From an uncultured Verrucomicrobiae bacterium (GTDB taxonomy: Bacteria > Verrucomicrobiota > Verrucomicrobiia > Chthoniobacterales > JAATET01), in the NCBI GenBank assembly GCA_963719495.1, contig CAVRCI010000014.1, positions 96,001-160,000 of the forward strand: 64,000 bases of DNA, given 5' to 3'. Shown here in pieces: positions 40,408-51,908 of this stretch. The notes beneath the pieces were generated by a model that did not search any database, was not told where the DNA came from, and saw nothing but the letters and a program-made list of their open reading frames with translations. Made by a program: the position numbers and the translations under genes. The stretch's first letter is position 1. Each line of letters begins with the position of its first letter.

Positions 40408-43005
40408 ATGTTTCACCTGAACGAAAAAGTTGAGAAGATCGATGTCTCGAAGGAGATGTCGACTTCGTTTCTCGACTACTCGATGTCGGTCATTATTTCC
40501 CGGGCTTTGCCCGATGCCCGGGATGGTCTGAAGCCTTCGCAGCGCCGAATTCTCTTTGCCATGAACGATCTCGGCGTGCAGCCGAATCGGAAACACCTCA
40601 AGTGCGCGAAGATCGTCGGTGAGACGATGGGTAACTATCACCCGCACGGCGATCAGGCGATCTACCCGACGCTCGTTCACATGGCGCAGCCTTGGGCGAT
40701 GCGGGAGATGCTCGTGGACGGGCAGGGCAATTTTGGTTCGGTCGAAGGCGATCCGCCGGCGTCGATGCGTTACACCGAGGCCCGGTTGCGGCACCTCGGC
40801 GCGGCGCTGATGACGGACATGGACAAGGACACCGTGGATTTCGTCAACAACTACGACGAGACCCGGCAGGAGCCGACCGTTTTCCCGGCGGCGTTCCCGA
40901 ATCTCTTAGTCAATGGCGGCACCGGTATCGCGGTCGGCATGGCGACGAACATTCCGCCGCATAATCTGGGCGAGCTGATCGAGGGCATCTTCGCACAGAT
41001 CGACAATCCCGACATCACGCTGGACGAACTGATGGTTCACATCAAGGGACCGGATTTCCCGACGGGCTGCATCATCCAGGGCGGGGCCGGCATTCGGTCC
41101 TACTTCGAGGGCGGCAAGGGGTCGGTGCGCGTGCGGGGTCGGATGGCGCTCACCGAGGTGAAGGGCGGCCGGGAGCAGATGATCGTTTCCGAGATTCCTT
41201 ACGGCGTGAACCGGGCGGAGTTGGTGAAGCGGATTGCGGCTTTGGTGAACGACAAAATCCTCACCGGGATTTCCGACGTCCGGGACGAGTCGGACGAGAA
41301 CACGCGGGTCGTGATCGATCTCAAGCGGGACGCGAATCCGAAGATTCTTCAGAACATGCTGTATAAGCACACGGCGCTCGAGAATTCGTTCAGCGTCGCG
41401 ATGCTGGCGATCGACCGGGGCAAGCCGCGGCTGCTTTCGCTCAAGGATGCGCTCACGGCCTACATCGAGCATCGGCGCGAGGTGATTCTGCGTCGGACGC
41501 GCTATTTGCTCCGGGAAGCGGAGAAGGATGCCGAGCGGCTCGAGGCCTTGCTCGTCGCGTTGGCGAACCTCGATGATTTCATCAAGATCATTCGCGATTC
41601 CAATGACCGCGAGCACGCCAAGCAGCGGTTGCTGGCGCTGGAATGGACGCAGAAGGCGGTCGAGCAGATCGGGGTGCTGATCACCGATCCGGCGAAGATC
41701 GTCGACGGGAAGTATAAGTTCAACGAGCGGCAGGCGCTCGCAATTTTGGATCTGCGTTTGTATCAGCTCACCGGGCTCGAGCAGGACGCGATCAAGACCG
41801 AATACGACAAGCTACTCGATAAGATCAAAGACCTCCTCGACATCCTGGCTAAGGAGGCGCGCGTGCTGGCGATCATCAAGGGTGAGCTGACGGAGATTAA
41901 GGAGAAATACGCGGGTCCGCGGTTGACCGCGATCGTGCCGGACGAGGGCGAGATCAACATGGAGGACCTCATCGCGAACGAGGGCTGCATCATTACGATC
42001 ACGCACAAAGGGTTCATCAAGCGAACGGCGGTGAGCGCCTACCGGGCGCAGCGGCGCGGCGGGAAGGGCGTGATCGGCATGGCGACGCGCGAGGCGGCGC
42101 ACGAGGACGAGGCGGATGATTTCGTCGAGCACCTTTTCACGGCCAGCACGCACGATTACCTGATGTTTTTCACGAAGACGGGGCGGGTTTACGTGGAGAA
42201 GGTTTACGAGATTCCGGAAATGGGGCGGGCGTCGAAGGGGCGTTCGATTGCGAATTTGCTGAGTCTGCAGTCGGGCGAGAAGATCGCGGCGACGTTGCGG
42301 ATTCAGGCGAAGATCACGGGCGTGGGTGCCGCGGCGGTGGATTCGACCTGGACCGATGAGAATTCGATCTTCTTCACGACCCGGACCGGTGTGGTGAAGA
42401 AGACGACGCTTTCGAAATTCTCGAACATTCGCTCGGGTGGAATCATTGCGATCAAGATCGAGGACGGGAACGAGCTGATCGACGTAAGGCTGACCGACGG
42501 GAACAGCGAGATCGTGCTGGTGACCCGCAAGGGGATCAGCATCCGCTTCGAGGAGGGGCAGCTCCGGGATCAGGGTCGCGACACGGTTGGCGTGTGGGGC
42601 ATCCGGCTCGGCTCGGGTGACGAGGTGATTGGCGCGGCATTGGTCGTGCCGAACGCGGCGTTGTTGGTTGCTGGCGAAAACGGAATTGGGAAGCGAACGA
42701 CCTTCGACGAATACCGGCTGCAATCGCGGGGTGGCAAGGGGATCATCACGATGAAGACCGGGGATAAGACCGGCCTGGTCGTGGGGGCGCTGACCGTGAG
42801 CGATCCGGATGAGATCATGCTCATCACGAGTGCGGGTCAGATGGTGCGGACGCGGGTGTCGGAGATTCGCGAGGTCGGGCGGAACACGATGGGTGTGCGG
42901 CTGATGAACTTTGCCGCGAAGGAGAAACTGCAGGCGATCGCGCCGGTGGTGAGCACGGCGGCGGAGGAAGAGGCTGGGGGCGAGGGGCCTAGCCTTGGGT
43001 TGTGA
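40408..43005 (+). CDS. gyrA: DNA gyrase subunit A
   Basis: [23 protein letters not shown] catalytic Tyr, GyrA-box QRRGGKG, C-terminal pinwheel repeats. Confidence 0.97.
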   Translation: MFHLNEKVEKIDVSKEMSTSFLDYSMSVIISRALPDARDGLKPSQRRILFAMNDLGVQPNRKHLKCAKIVGETMGNYHPHGDQAIYPTLVHMAQPWAMREMLVDGQGNFGSVEGDPPASMRYTEARLRHLGAALMTDMDKDTVDFVNNYDETRQEPTVFPAAFPNLLVNGGTGIAVGMATNIPPHNLGELIEGIFAQIDNPDITLDELMVHIKGPDFPTGCIIQGGAGIRSYFEGGKGSVRVRGRMALTEVKGGREQMIVSEIPYGVNRAELVKRIAALVNDKILTGISDVRDESDENTRVVIDLKRDANPKILQNMLYKHTALENSFSVAMLAIDRGKPRLLSLKDALTAYIEHRREVILRRTRYLLREAEKDAERLEALLVALANLDDFIKIIRDSNDREHAKQRLLALEWTQKAVEQIGVLITDPAKIVDGKYKFNERQALAILDLRLYQLTGLEQDAIKTEYDKLLDKIKDLLDILAKEARVLAIIKGELTEIKEKYAGPRLTAIVPDEGEINMEDLIANEGCIITITHKGFIKRTAVSAYRAQRRGGKGVIGMATREAAHEDEADDFVEHLFTASTHDYLMFFTKTGRVYVEKVYEIPEMGRASKGRSIANLLSLQSGEKIAATLRIQAKITGVGAAAVDSTWTDENSIFFTTRTGVVKKTTLSKFSNIRSGGIIAIKIEDGNELIDVRLTDGNSEIVLVTRKGISIRFEEGQLRDQGRDTVGVWGIRLGSGDEVIGAALVVPNAALLVAGENGIGKRTTFDEYRLQSRGGKGIITMKTGDKTGLVVGALTVSDPDEIMLITSAGQMVRTRVSEIREVGRNTMGVRLMNFAAKEKLQAIAPVVSTAAEEEAGGEGPSLGL

Positions 43006-43058
43006 CGGCGGTTTCCGACGATCTACGTCGAGCGGCTTTTCTCGGGCTTAGCCAACTA

Positions 43059-44224
43059 GTGTGGCGTCCAGTAATTGAGTATAAAAAACCTCAAGCGTGA
43101 GTTTCGGCGAGTTTTTGACGTGCGCGCTGGATTTTTTGAAGGATGACTTCGCCCTGAGCACGCCAGCGGTAGGGCTTGGGATGGAGATTACGTTCGGCGA
43201 GGTAGTCTTCAATGTCGCGGACGAGTTCGCGCACGCTTTGAAAGCTACCGGCGCTGATCACGTCGGCGCTCAGATCGGCGAAGAAGCGTTCAACGAGATT
43301 GAGCCACGAACTACTCGTGGGAACGAAGTGAAGATGGAAGCGGGGGCGGCGCTTCAGCCAAGCCCGGACTTTCTCGTGTTTGTGAGTCCAGTAGTTGTCG
43401 ACAACGAGATGCACGTCGAGTTCGGACGGTGTCTCACGTTCGATTTGCTTGAGGAATCGAAGCCACTCGACATGGGTGTGGCGTTCTTCGGTGCGCGTGA
43501 AGAGCTTTCCGTCGAGGTAATCCAGCGCGGCGAAGAGCGTGATCGTGCCATGGCGTTTGTAGTCGTGGGTGCGGGTTCTGACCTGTCCGACCCCCAGTGG
43601 AAGCCCCGGTTGCGTGCGTTCCAGCGCTTGGCACTGACTTTTCTCGTCACAGCACAAGACCAAGGCCCGCTCGGGAGGATCGAGATACAGCCCGATGACG
43701 TCCCAGAATTTCTCTTCGAATTTTGGATCGGTGGAAACCTTGAAGGTCCGGGTGAGATGCGGCTTGAGATCGTTGGCGCGCCAGATCGCATTGACGCTGC
43801 CATGGGAAATGCCGACTTCCCGCGCCATCGAACGCACGCTCCAACGCGTTCTACCCTTAGGCGGACGAGTCACCTCTCCGATGACTTTTTCCACCTTCTC
43901 GCTAGCCAACCGAGGCTTGCGTCCTCGTCCCGGCCGATCAACCAACCCCGCCAGCCCTTCCTGGGAAAAACGCTTCGACCACTTGCTCACGCTCGGCAGA
44001 CTGATTCCCAGTTCCTCAGCTAAATCAACTTCCCTGATTCCCTCGGACCGCCGTAAGACGATCTCTGCCCTCACATGATCCCTCTTCGTCGTCGTCGGTG
44101 ATCGCACTCGATCCTCCAGAATTTTCCTTTCTTGCTCTGTCAACTCGAGTTCTTCGATCGGGCGGCTCATACCACACCGTGTCACCCTCAGATATTATTT
44201 CAACTCAATTACTGGACGGCACAC
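43059..44224 (-). mobile_element. IS630-family insertion sequence, apparently intact
   Basis: IRs CTAGTGTGGCGTCCAGTAATTGAGT (43056-43080) / ACTCAATTACTGGACGGCACACTAG (44203-44227), 24/25 match; TA duplication at 43057-43058 and 44225-44226. Confidence 0.95.
43091..44170 (-). CDS. IS630 transposase
   Basis: HTH, LCCDEKSQCQALER, THDYKRHGT, VVDNY, SSWLNLVERFF (DDE). Confidence 0.95.
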   Translation of the reverse strand: MSRPIEELELTEQERKILEDRVRSPTTTKRDHVRAEIVLRRSEGIREVDLAEELGISLPSVSKWSKRFSQEGLAGLVDRPGRGRKPRLASEKVEKVIGEVTRPPKGRTRWSVRSMAREVGISHGSVNAIWRANDLKPHLTRTFKVSTDPKFEEKFWDVIGLYLDPPERALVLCCDEKSQCQALERTQPGLPLGVGQVRTRTHDYKRHGTITLFAALDYLDGKLFTRTEERHTHVEWLRFLKQIERETPSELDVHLVVDNYWTHKHEKVRAWLKRRPRFHLHFVPTSSSWLNLVERFFADLSADVISAGSFQSVRELVRDIEDYLAERNLHPKPYRWRAQGEVILQKIQRARQKLAETHA

Positions 44225-44346
44225 TAGACAGGATTAACTCGATTGGGAATGAAGGGTCTGAAGTTCCCTCTGAAAAAATCCTGTTAATCCTGTAAATCGA
44301 GTTCATCGCGTTTAGTTGGCTGAGGGGTTCGTTGGCACGAGCGGCT

Positions 44347-45228
44347 TTAGAACTTGGGGGCTTTGACGGTGCCGGCGGCGGTGTCGGTGCGGCGGCGGTT
44401 GACGATTCTTCCGGCGATTTCGTGGACCATTTCTTCGAGGAGGAGTCTGAGGTGGCTGCCTCGGCGGAAGTCGGAGGGGGCGATGTTTTTCACCCGGTCG
44501 GCGTGGACGCAGAGTTGGTAGCATTTCTTGAAGGAGGAGCGGGTGGGGTCTTCGGCGTTGTAGACGGCGATGGCCTGGCCGCCGTTGCGGCGCATGACGG
44601 TGAAGCAGGGGACGTCGGTGGGGCCGTCGCCGACGTAGACCATGTTGGGGAACGGGATGGGCCGGAGGTCGGGGGCGAGGTGATCGTTCACGTCTTCGGT
44701 CATGTCGAGCATGCCTTTGTTGATGCGGAAGAGGTATTGGGTCTTCTGGGTGTGACTGATGGTGCGGCGGGGGAAGCTGATGCGGCCATCTTTGTCTTCG
44801 GCGAATTCGCAGCCGAAGATGGCGCGGATGTAGGGCGCGAGGCGGCTGCCTTCGATGAGGATCTTGAGGCCGGATGAGATGATGTAGTGCTCGACGGTGA
44901 TGCCGTGGGCTTCGTGCTCGGGGGTGAGGAGGCCGCTCTGGAACTCCTGAAACATCTCGGGGAGGCCGGCGTAGAAGTTCATTTTCTCGCCGAGTTGGCG
45001 GAGTTCGTCGTTGGTCGGGCGGTCCATGCCGAGGGTGTCGAGCATGACCTTCATGTAGGCGAGTTCGCTGTCGTAGCCTTCGTCGTTGACGAGTTCGGTG
45101 CAGCGCTCCCAGAAGCTCTTTGGGTTGATGCCGAAGTGCGGGAAGATGGCCTCGTCCTGCATGTAGTTGGGACTGAGCGTCTGATCGTAGTCGTAGACGA
45201 TCGCGATGATGTTTTGCGGTGATGCCAT
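44347..45228 (-). CDS. HAD-superfamily hydrolase
   Basis: YDYDQTL motif I, ISSG, KTQYLFRINKG, YVGDGPTDVP. Confidence 0.88.
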   Translation of the reverse strand: MASPQNIIAIVYDYDQTLSPNYMQDEAIFPHFGINPKSFWERCTELVNDEGYDSELAYMKVMLDTLGMDRPTNDELRQLGEKMNFYAGLPEMFQEFQSGLLTPEHEAHGITVEHYIISSGLKILIEGSRLAPYIRAIFGCEFAEDKDGRISFPRRTISHTQKTQYLFRINKGMLDMTEDVNDHLAPDLRPIPFPNMVYVGDGPTDVPCFTVMRRNGGQAIAVYNAEDPTRSSFKKCYQLCVHADRVKNIAPSDFRRGSHLRLLLEEMVHEIAGRIVNRRRTDTAAGTVKAPKF

Positions 45229-45258
45229 GGTGGGTTTTGAAGCTTAGGATGAGACTGA

Positions 45259-45389
45259 GACAGGATTTACGGGATTTTCAGGATTATGCGGAGGGAGTTT
45301 CGGGTCGTGAGTCCGGCGCTCTGACCGCGGAGCGGTGCACGCTTTCTGACGAATTGAAATTAAATCCTCTCAATCTTGTTAATCCTGTC
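45259..45389. repeat. ACAGGATT 9-mer inverted repeat, empty copy
   Basis: GACAGGATTTACGGGATTTTCAGGATT (45259-45285) / AATCCTCTCAATCTTGTTAATCCTGTC (45363-45389). Confidence 0.85.
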
Positions 45390-47414
45390 GGTTTCCGGGG
45401 TTGGATTGAATTGCCAAGTGGTTGGGCCGTGGGTTGCCTCGTGTTGGGCGATGACCGATTGGATGGTGGCGTTGAGCTGGTCCCACTCGACGGGTTTCGT
45501 CATGTGGCGGGTGAAGCGGCCGGCGCGGGAGCGCTCGACGTCCTCGTCGAGGCCGAAACCGGTGAGGGCGATGGTGGCGGTGCGTTTGGGATCGATGCAG
45601 GGAATGAGCTCGAGGCCGGAGCCATCGGGCAGACCGAGGTCGGAGATCAGGAGGTCGTAAGTGTCCGCGGACAGCGCCGCTTTGGCGTCGGCGATGGTCG
45701 TGGCGGTGGTGACATCGTGACCGGAACGCGCGATGAGTCGAGAGAGGATCGTGAGGGTCGAGTCGTGATCCTCGGTGATGAGGACTTTGAGACTGGCGGG
45801 GTCCGGGGTGCGCGCGGGTGCCTCGGTTGCGGCTGAGTGGGCGGGGCGGGGGAGGGTGTCGAATTCCACGCTGAAGGTGGAGCCGGTGCCGGGACCGTCG
45901 CTGGCGGCGCGGATGGTGCCGTGGTGGCCGTCGACGAGGGCTTTGGCGATGGCGAGTCCGAGCCCGAGACCGCCGAATTGGGCGGTGATGTTGCGGCCGC
46001 CCTGTTCGAACGCGTCGAAGATGGTGGCGATGCGTTCGGGGGGGATGCCGACTCCGGTGTCCTGGACTTCGATGAGGAGTCGGTCGGGGCGGGGGTTGCG
46101 GGTGCGGATGGTGACGGTGCCGCCGTCCTGGCTGAATTTGACGGCGTTCTGCACGAGATTCCAAACGATTTGCTGGAGGCGGGAGCTGTCGCCTTCGATG
46201 TAATGATCGTTGGCGGTGGTCTCGATGAGGATGGGGACCTGGGCGCGGGCGGCGGTGCTGACGGCGCAGATGCCGCGAACGGTCTCGAGCAGCTGGTGGC
46301 AATCGACGGTCTCGAAGCGGAGTTCGAGTTTGCCCTGGACGACGCGGGTGAGGTCGAGGAGGTCGTCGATGAGGCGGGCTTCGAGTTCGACGTTGCGCTG
46401 GATCATGGCGAGGTCGTCGCGAAGATCGTCGGGCAGGCCGCCCTGCGAGTTGCGGAACGAGAGGCACATGAGGATGGGGGTGAGGGGGGTGCGGAGCTCG
46501 TGCGAAAGGGTGGCGAGAAAGTGGTCCTTGGCGGCGTTCGCGGCTTCGGCTTGAGCTTTGGCTTCGCGGAGGGCGGCCTCGGCGCGTTTGCGTTTGGTGA
46601 TGTTCATCGTGACGCCGATGAAGCGTTTGATGCCGAGGGCGGGGTCTTCGAGGAAACGGCCGGCGGCGGCGACCCAGCGTTCGATTTTGTCATCGAAACC
46701 GATGGTGCGGTATTCGACTTCGTAACGGCCGCTGCCGCCGGGGGCGAGGCTTGCGGCCACGGCGGACTCCACGAGTGCGACGTCGTCGGGGTGGAGGCAG
46801 GTGAGAAACCGTTCGTAGGTGGCGGGTGTGCCGGGTGCCATGCCGAAGTGGGCGCGGCAGCGGTCGTCCCAAACGAGCACATCCGTCTCGGGGGTGAATT
46901 CCCACGATCCCACTCCCGCGGATTCGGCGGCGATGCTGAGTCGGTTTTCGCTATCGTCCTGGGCTCGGGAGGCGGCGTCGCGCTGGGTGAGCAAGTCGCG
47001 CACCTGCCATTGCCGGATGCGGGCGCGGAGAGCGGTGCGGGTGATCGAGACGAGGGTCGACGGTCGGTAGGGACGCTCGACGATCGAGACGAAGGTCGCG
47101 GGGGCGAGTTGGAGGGTCGGGTCATCGCCGGGGCCCGGGTCGGCGGATTCGCGGGTGAGCAGGATGATGGGCAGATCGGACCAGGCGGGGCGGTCGACGG
47201 TTTTCCCGAGGAAGGATTCGAACGCGGGGCCGGTGAGAATTTCCTCCGCCAGAATGATCGCGCCGACGTCCTCGCGAATGGCGGCGGTGAGCGTGGCGAG
47301 GTCGGGGAAGATCGTGGTCCGGATCTCGGCTTCGACGAGAAGACGGCTGACGTTGGCGGCGTCGTCGACGGTCGGAGCGACGATGAGGACCGGGCCGGGT
47401 AAGTAGTCGCGCAT
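45360..47414 (-). CDS. Hybrid sensor histidine kinase (pseudo-REC, PAS, HisKA, HATPase, REC)
   Basis: SHELRTPL, NLVQNAVKF, DTGVGI, GGLGLGL, LISDLGLPD. Confidence 0.93.
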   Translation of the reverse strand: MRDYLPGPVLIVAPTVDDAANVSRLLVEAEIRTTIFPDLATLTAAIREDVGAIILAEEILTGPAFESFLGKTVDRPAWSDLPIILLTRESADPGPGDDPTLQLAPATFVSIVERPYRPSTLVSITRTALRARIRQWQVRDLLTQRDAASRAQDDSENRLSIAAESAGVGSWEFTPETDVLVWDDRCRAHFGMAPGTPATYERFLTCLHPDDVALVESAVAASLAPGGSGRYEVEYRTIGFDDKIERWVAAAGRFLEDPALGIKRFIGVTMNITKRKRAEAALREAKAQAEAANAAKDHFLATLSHELRTPLTPILMCLSFRNSQGGLPDDLRDDLAMIQRNVELEARLIDDLLDLTRVVQGKLELRFETVDCHQLLETVRGICAVSTAARAQVPILIETTANDHYIEGDSSRLQQIVWNLVQNAVKFSQDGGTVTIRTRNPRPDRLLIEVQDTGVGIPPERIATIFDAFEQGGRNITAQFGGLGLGLAIAKALVDGHHGTIRAASDGPGTGSTFSVEFDTLPRPAHSAATEAPARTPDPASLKVLITEDHDSTLTILSRLIARSGHDVTTATTIADAKAALSADTYDLLISDLGLPDGSGLELIPCIDPKRTATIALTGFGLDEDVERSRAGRFTRHMTKPVEWDQLNATIQSVIAQHEATHGPTTWQFNPTPETDRINKIERI

Positions 47415-47451
47415 GGACGGGCGGGATGGTGAAAGCGGTGGGGTGCCAGCG

Positions 47452-48558
47452 TCAATCGAAGATTAGGATCAGATACGCGAGGAAGAGGACGAGGTGGACG
47501 GCACCTTGGAGGATGTTCGTCTTGCCGCCGGAGAAGGTGATGAACGCGCTACCGAGGGTGACGACGAGGAGGATGGAATTCGCGGGATTGAGCCCGAGGG
47601 TGAGCGGGTGGCCGGTGAAGAGGGTGATGATGACGACGGCGGGAATGGTGAGGCCGATGGACGCGACGGCGGAGCCGAGGAGGAGATTGATGGAGCGTTG
47701 GAGGCGGTTGTCGAGCGCGGCGAAGAGGGCGCTGAGGCCCTCGGGGGCGAGGACCATGATGGCGACGATCACGCCGCCGAGGGCCTGGGGCGCGCCGAGG
47801 TCGGCGATGGCGTAGTCGACGGTGTAGCCGAGGTTTTTGGCGAGAAGGACGATGGGGACGAGGTAGGCGAGGAGCAGGACGACGTGATAGCCGATGGAGG
47901 GTTTCGGTTTTTCCGAGTCCTCGGAGGAGTCGGCGGAGTCGGTGGGTTCGGCGAAGAACTCGCGGTGGCGGGCGGTTTGGATGGCGAGGAAGACGCCGTA
48001 GATGAGGAAGGCGATGAGGCCGACGAAGATGAGCTGGGGCGTCGAGAAGGTGCCCTCGGACGTGGAGCGGGTGAAATTCGGGAGGATGAGGACGCAGACC
48101 GAGAGCGGGAGGAGGACGCCGAGGTAGGATTGGGCGGACTGGAGATTGTAGGTCTGTTCGTGGTGGCGGATACCGCCGAGGAGGAGGGCGAGGCCGGCGA
48201 GGCCGTTGATCACGATCATGATGACGGCGAACATCGTGTCGCGGGCGATGCCGGCGTTCGGCTCGCCGGTGAACATGACGGCGGCGATGATGCTGACCTC
48301 GATGCACATCACCGCGAGCGTGAGGACGAGGGTGCCGAGGGGCTCGCCGAGTTCGTGGGCGATGACGTCGGCGTGGCGCAGGACGGAGAAGGCGGCCCAG
48401 AGGATGATGCCGACGAGCCAGACGGTGAAGAGTGAGAAGGCGCCGAGGCTGCCGACGTTTTTTACCGGATCGGCGAGGACGGTGAAGAAGAGCGCGGTGG
48501 AGATCAGGCAGCCGATGAGGGCGGCTTCGCGGCGGAGAAAGGAGGCGAGGGCGGTCAA
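47452..48558 (-). CDS. chaA: Ca2+/H+ antiporter (CaCA family)
   Basis: [45 protein letters not shown]. Confidence 0.88.
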   Translation of the reverse strand: MTALASFLRREAALIGCLISTALFFTVLADPVKNVGSLGAFSLFTVWLVGIILWAAFSVLRHADVIAHELGEPLGTLVLTLAVMCIEVSIIAAVMFTGEPNAGIARDTMFAVIMIVINGLAGLALLLGGIRHHEQTYNLQSAQSYLGVLLPLSVCVLILPNFTRSTSEGTFSTPQLIFVGLIAFLIYGVFLAIQTARHREFFAEPTDSADSSEDSEKPKPSIGYHVVLLLAYLVPIVLLAKNLGYTVDYAIADLGAPQALGGVIVAIMVLAPEGLSALFAALDNRLQRSINLLLGSAVASIGLTIPAVVIITLFTGHPLTLGLNPANSILLVVTLGSAFITFSGGKTNILQGAVHLVLFLAYLILIFD

Positions 48559-49439
48559 TCGTCGAGGACGGCGGTGAGCGCCGATGCAACGGTAGGAAAG
48601 CGGAATTCATAACCGCTGGCCAGCGTGGCTTTGGGGAGCACGCGCTGGCTGTCGAGGAGGAGGTGGGAGAGCTCGCCGAGGGTGATTTTGAGCAGGAGCG
48701 CGGGAGCGGGGATGACGGCGGGGCGGTGGGCGGCCTTGGCGGCGGCGAGGGTGAACTCCGCGTTGCGGACGGGTTCGGGGACGACGGCGTTGAGCGGGCC
48801 GGAGACGCCTTCGGTCTCGATCGCGTGAAGGATGAGTCCGGCGACGTCATCGACGTGGACGCAGGACATCCATTGCTGGCCATCGCCGAGGCGGCCGCCG
48901 AGTCCGGCTTTGAAGACGGGGCCGACGAGTTTCATCGCGCCGCCTTCGCCGATCACGAAGCCGGTGCGGAGTGCGACCGTGCGGACGCGGTCGGGGGCCT
49001 GATCGGCTTCGGCTTCCCAGAGGCGGGCGACCTTGGCGAGGAAGCCGGTGCCGGCGGGTTCCGATTCGTCTACGGCGGTGTCGCCGGTGTCGCCGTAGTA
49101 GCCGATGGCGGAGCCGCAGATGAAGATGCCGGGGCCGTGGTCGGAGGCGCGGAGGGCTTCGACGACGCGGCGGGTGCCGTCGATGCGGCTATCGAGGATG
49201 CGGCGTTTTTTCGACGGGGTCCAGAGTCCCATGATGGATTCGCCAGCGAGGTGGACGATGGCGTCGAGGCCGGAGAGATCGGGGATCTCGTCGGTGGCGA
49301 AGTGGCGGGTTTCGACGAAGCCAGGGGTGGGTTTTTTCGCGGTGCGGGAGAAGGCGACGAGCTCGTGTCCGTGGTCGCGGGCTTGCTGGGCGAGGTGGCT
49401 GCCGATGAAGCCGGTGGCTCCGGTGATTCCGATTTTCAT
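48555..49439 (-). CDS. TIGR01777/YfcH-like NAD-dependent epimerase
   Basis: [40 protein letters not shown]. Confidence 0.9.
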   Translation of the reverse strand: MKIGITGATGFIGSHLAQQARDHGHELVAFSRTAKKPTPGFVETRHFATDEIPDLSGLDAIVHLAGESIMGLWTPSKKRRILDSRIDGTRRVVEALRASDHGPGIFICGSAIGYYGDTGDTAVDESEPAGTGFLAKVARLWEAEADQAPDRVRTVALRTGFVIGEGGAMKLVGPVFKAGLGGRLGDGQQWMSCVHVDDVAGLILHAIETEGVSGPLNAVVPEPVRNAEFTLAAAKAAHRPAVIPAPALLLKITLGELSHLLLDSQRVLPKATLASGYEFRFPTVASALTAVLDD

Positions 49440-49485
49440 TTGGTCTGGATACGTGTGTCGGGGGTGGGGTGGGTGGCTTTTGGAG

Positions 49486-49558
49486 TGCGGCTTCGCCGGG
49501 TTGGGGACGGGTGCCGACCTGGAAGGTCGGCACGGCGACCAGGATGGTCGCGGTCCCC
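49486..49558. repeat. REP type C with leader
   Basis: CGGCTTCGCCG leader, GTGCCGACCTGGAAGGTCGGCAC, GCGACCAGGATGGTCGC-GGTCCCC; similar copy ~51752-51826. Confidence 0.75.
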
Positions 49559-49613
49559 GGGGCGCGGCGCGCCCTTGTCAGGGTGGTGTGCGGGCATTAT
49601 TGGTTTCGGCCTG

Positions 49614-50708
49614 ATGGGGAGTGTTTTTGGTAGTTTGTTTCGAATTTCGACCTGGGGCGAGTCCCACGGTGGGGGCGTGGGCGTGGTGATCGATGGGTGT
49701 CCGGCTCTTTTGCCTTTGACGGAGGCCGACCTTCAGCCGGCTTTGGATCGGCGACGACCGGGTCAGAGTGAGATCGTGACTCCGCGGAAGGAGTCGGATA
49801 CGTGTCGGATTCTGAGTGGGACCTTCGAGGGGAAGACTCTGGGGACGCCGATTTCGATCATGGTCCCGAACACGGATGCGCGGCCCGAGGCCTATTCCGA
49901 GATGGAGACGATGTATCGGCCTTCGCACGCGGATTACACCTACGACGCCAAATACGGGATTCGGAATTGGCAGGGTGGCGGTCGGGCTTCGGCGCGGGAG
50001 ACGATCGGGCGCGTGGCGGCTGGGGCGGTGGCGGAGAAGTGGCTGCGGTCGGTTTACGAGGGGCTGGAAATCGTGGCCTGGGTGAGTGGGATTCACGATC
50101 TGGGGTCGGAGGTGAACGCGGCGACGGTGTCGCGGGACGACGTGGAGGCGAACGTGGTGCGGTGTCCGGACGGGGCGGCGGCGGAGCGGATGATCGAGCG
50201 GATCAAGGCCGTGCGGAGCGAGGGGGATTCCATCGGCGGGGTGATCGAGTGCGTTCTGCGGGGTGTGCCGGCGGGACTGGGTGAGCCGGTTTTTGATAAG
50301 TTGGAGGCGGATCTGGCGAAGGCGATGATGAGTCTGCCGGCAACGAAGGGGTTCGAGATCGGGTCGGGGTTTGCCGGGACGCGGATGCGCGGGTCGGAGC
50401 ACAACGATGCGTTTGAGATGCGCGATGGGAAGGTCGGGACTGCGACGAATCTTTCGGGTGGCGTGCAGGGGGGGATTTCGAACGGCGAGACGATCGCGTT
50501 TCGGATCGCGTTCAAACCGACGGCGACGATCTCGCGGGCGCAGCGGACGGTCACGTCGGGCGGCGAGGCGGCGGAACTGAAGGCGCGCGGTCGGCACGAC
50601 GCGTGCGTGCTGCCGCGGGCGGTGCCGATGGTCGAGGCGATGGCGGCTTTGGTGGTGGCTGATCACGCGCTGCGGCAGCGGGCGGTGGGTCGGCCGCTGC
50701 GGCCGTGA
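49614..50708 (+). CDS. aroC: Chorismate synthase
   Basis: [43 protein letters not shown] at 49614. Confidence 0.97.
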   Translation: MGSVFGSLFRISTWGESHGGGVGVVIDGCPALLPLTEADLQPALDRRRPGQSEIVTPRKESDTCRILSGTFEGKTLGTPISIMVPNTDARPEAYSEMETMYRPSHADYTYDAKYGIRNWQGGGRASARETIGRVAAGAVAEKWLRSVYEGLEIVAWVSGIHDLGSEVNAATVSRDDVEANVVRCPDGAAAERMIERIKAVRSEGDSIGGVIECVLRGVPAGLGEPVFDKLEADLAKAMMSLPATKGFEIGSGFAGTRMRGSEHNDAFEMRDGKVGTATNLSGGVQGGISNGETIAFRIAFKPTATISRAQRTVTSGGEAAELKARGRHDACVLPRAVPMVEAMAALVVADHALRQRAVGRPLRP

Positions 50709-50826
50709 TTGGTGAATGGTGAAGGGTGAATGGTGGGATGCGCTTTTTGCGGGCGTCGTGGGTAGTTCGCGGGGGTATTCGCATTTCCACCCTTCACCGT
50801 TCCCCCTTCACTCATAACCAGCTCCC

Positions 50827-51693
50827 ATGCCCGAAGGATCGTCCATTTACAGTAGCGCGTTCCTGATCTGGACGATCTTGACGATCGCTTGGTCGACTTG
50901 GGTCGGGTGGAAGAGGGGGGTGGTGCGGTCGATCGTTTCGTTGGCCGGGATGTTGGCGGGCTTTTTCGCCGGGATGGCGGCGGCGGGGGTGGTTGCTCCA
51001 TTATTGGGGTGGCTGATTCCGGTGCCAGCGGTGGTGATCGGAGTCGTCGTGGGATTGGTGGTTGGGATCGGGGTTTGGGCGGTGATCGCGATTTTCGGCG
51101 CGATTTTGTTCAAGACGACGGAGCATCAGGGTTCGTTTTTGCTGCGCCTGTTTTACGGTGGTGGTGGGGCGGTCATTGGGGTCCTGCTGGGATTGACGTG
51201 GGTCTGGGGGGCGCTGTTTTTGGTGCGGGGTTTGGGGGCGTTTTCGGAGCCGCGGTTTGGCGACGTGGCGAAGTATTACGGGGTGCCGGAGCCGGGGTTT
51301 CTCGAGGAAATGGCGGTGCGGATCAATCAATCGATCGAGGTCGGATCGGTCGGGCACGTGCTGGAGGCGATGGATCCGATGCCGGAGAGCACCTACCGAA
51401 TGATGGGGAAGGTCGGGCGGCTTGCGTCGGATCCGTCGGCCTTGCAGCGGCTGTTGGATCAGCCGCAGATCCGGGAGCTGACCGGCGACGAGACGTTCGT
51501 GGAGCTGGCGGCGGATGACGGGGTGAACGCAGCGGCGCGGAGCGGGGAGGTGAAGAATCTGCTTACGAACGAGAAGTTGCTGCGGGCGGCGAGCGATCCG
51601 GGATTGATCGAGAAGATGCGGGCGATCGACTTCGAGGCGGCCTTGGATGGGGCTTTGGAAGATCAGCCGCCGATGAACGGTGATTTGGAATGA
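50827..51693 (+). CDS. CvpA-like membrane protein
   Basis: GWKRGVVRSI N-terminal motif, four TMs, soluble C-terminus. Confidence 0.7.
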   Translation: MPEGSSIYSSAFLIWTILTIAWSTWVGWKRGVVRSIVSLAGMLAGFFAGMAAAGVVAPLLGWLIPVPAVVIGVVVGLVVGIGVWAVIAIFGAILFKTTEHQGSFLLRLFYGGGGAVIGVLLGLTWVWGALFLVRGLGAFSEPRFGDVAKYYGVPEPGFLEEMAVRINQSIEVGSVGHVLEAMDPMPESTYRMMGKVGRLASDPSALQRLLDQPQIRELTGDETFVELAADDGVNAAARSGEVKNLLTNEKLLRAASDPGLIEKMRAIDFEAALDGALEDQPPMNGDLE

Positions 51694-51908
51694 GGAATCG
51701 CGGAATTCGCGGATTTCGCGGATGGTGAAATTTGCGGTTGCGGAGAGGGGAGTGCCGCTTCGCGGGGTTGGTTTGGATGCGTCGAGCTGGAAGCTCGCCG
51801 CTGCGACCAGGATGGTCGCGGTCCCCCGGCGCACTTCGTGCGCCAGGGCAACGCGATATTTTCATTTTTCGGCGTTATCTGCGTAGTCTGGGCTCCCAAT
51901 TTTTATTT

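Noticed and set aside
48663..49613. N-terminal extension of AroC (681 aa ORF)
   Set aside because: Antisense to the TIGR01777 gene; the canonical AroC start is at 49614
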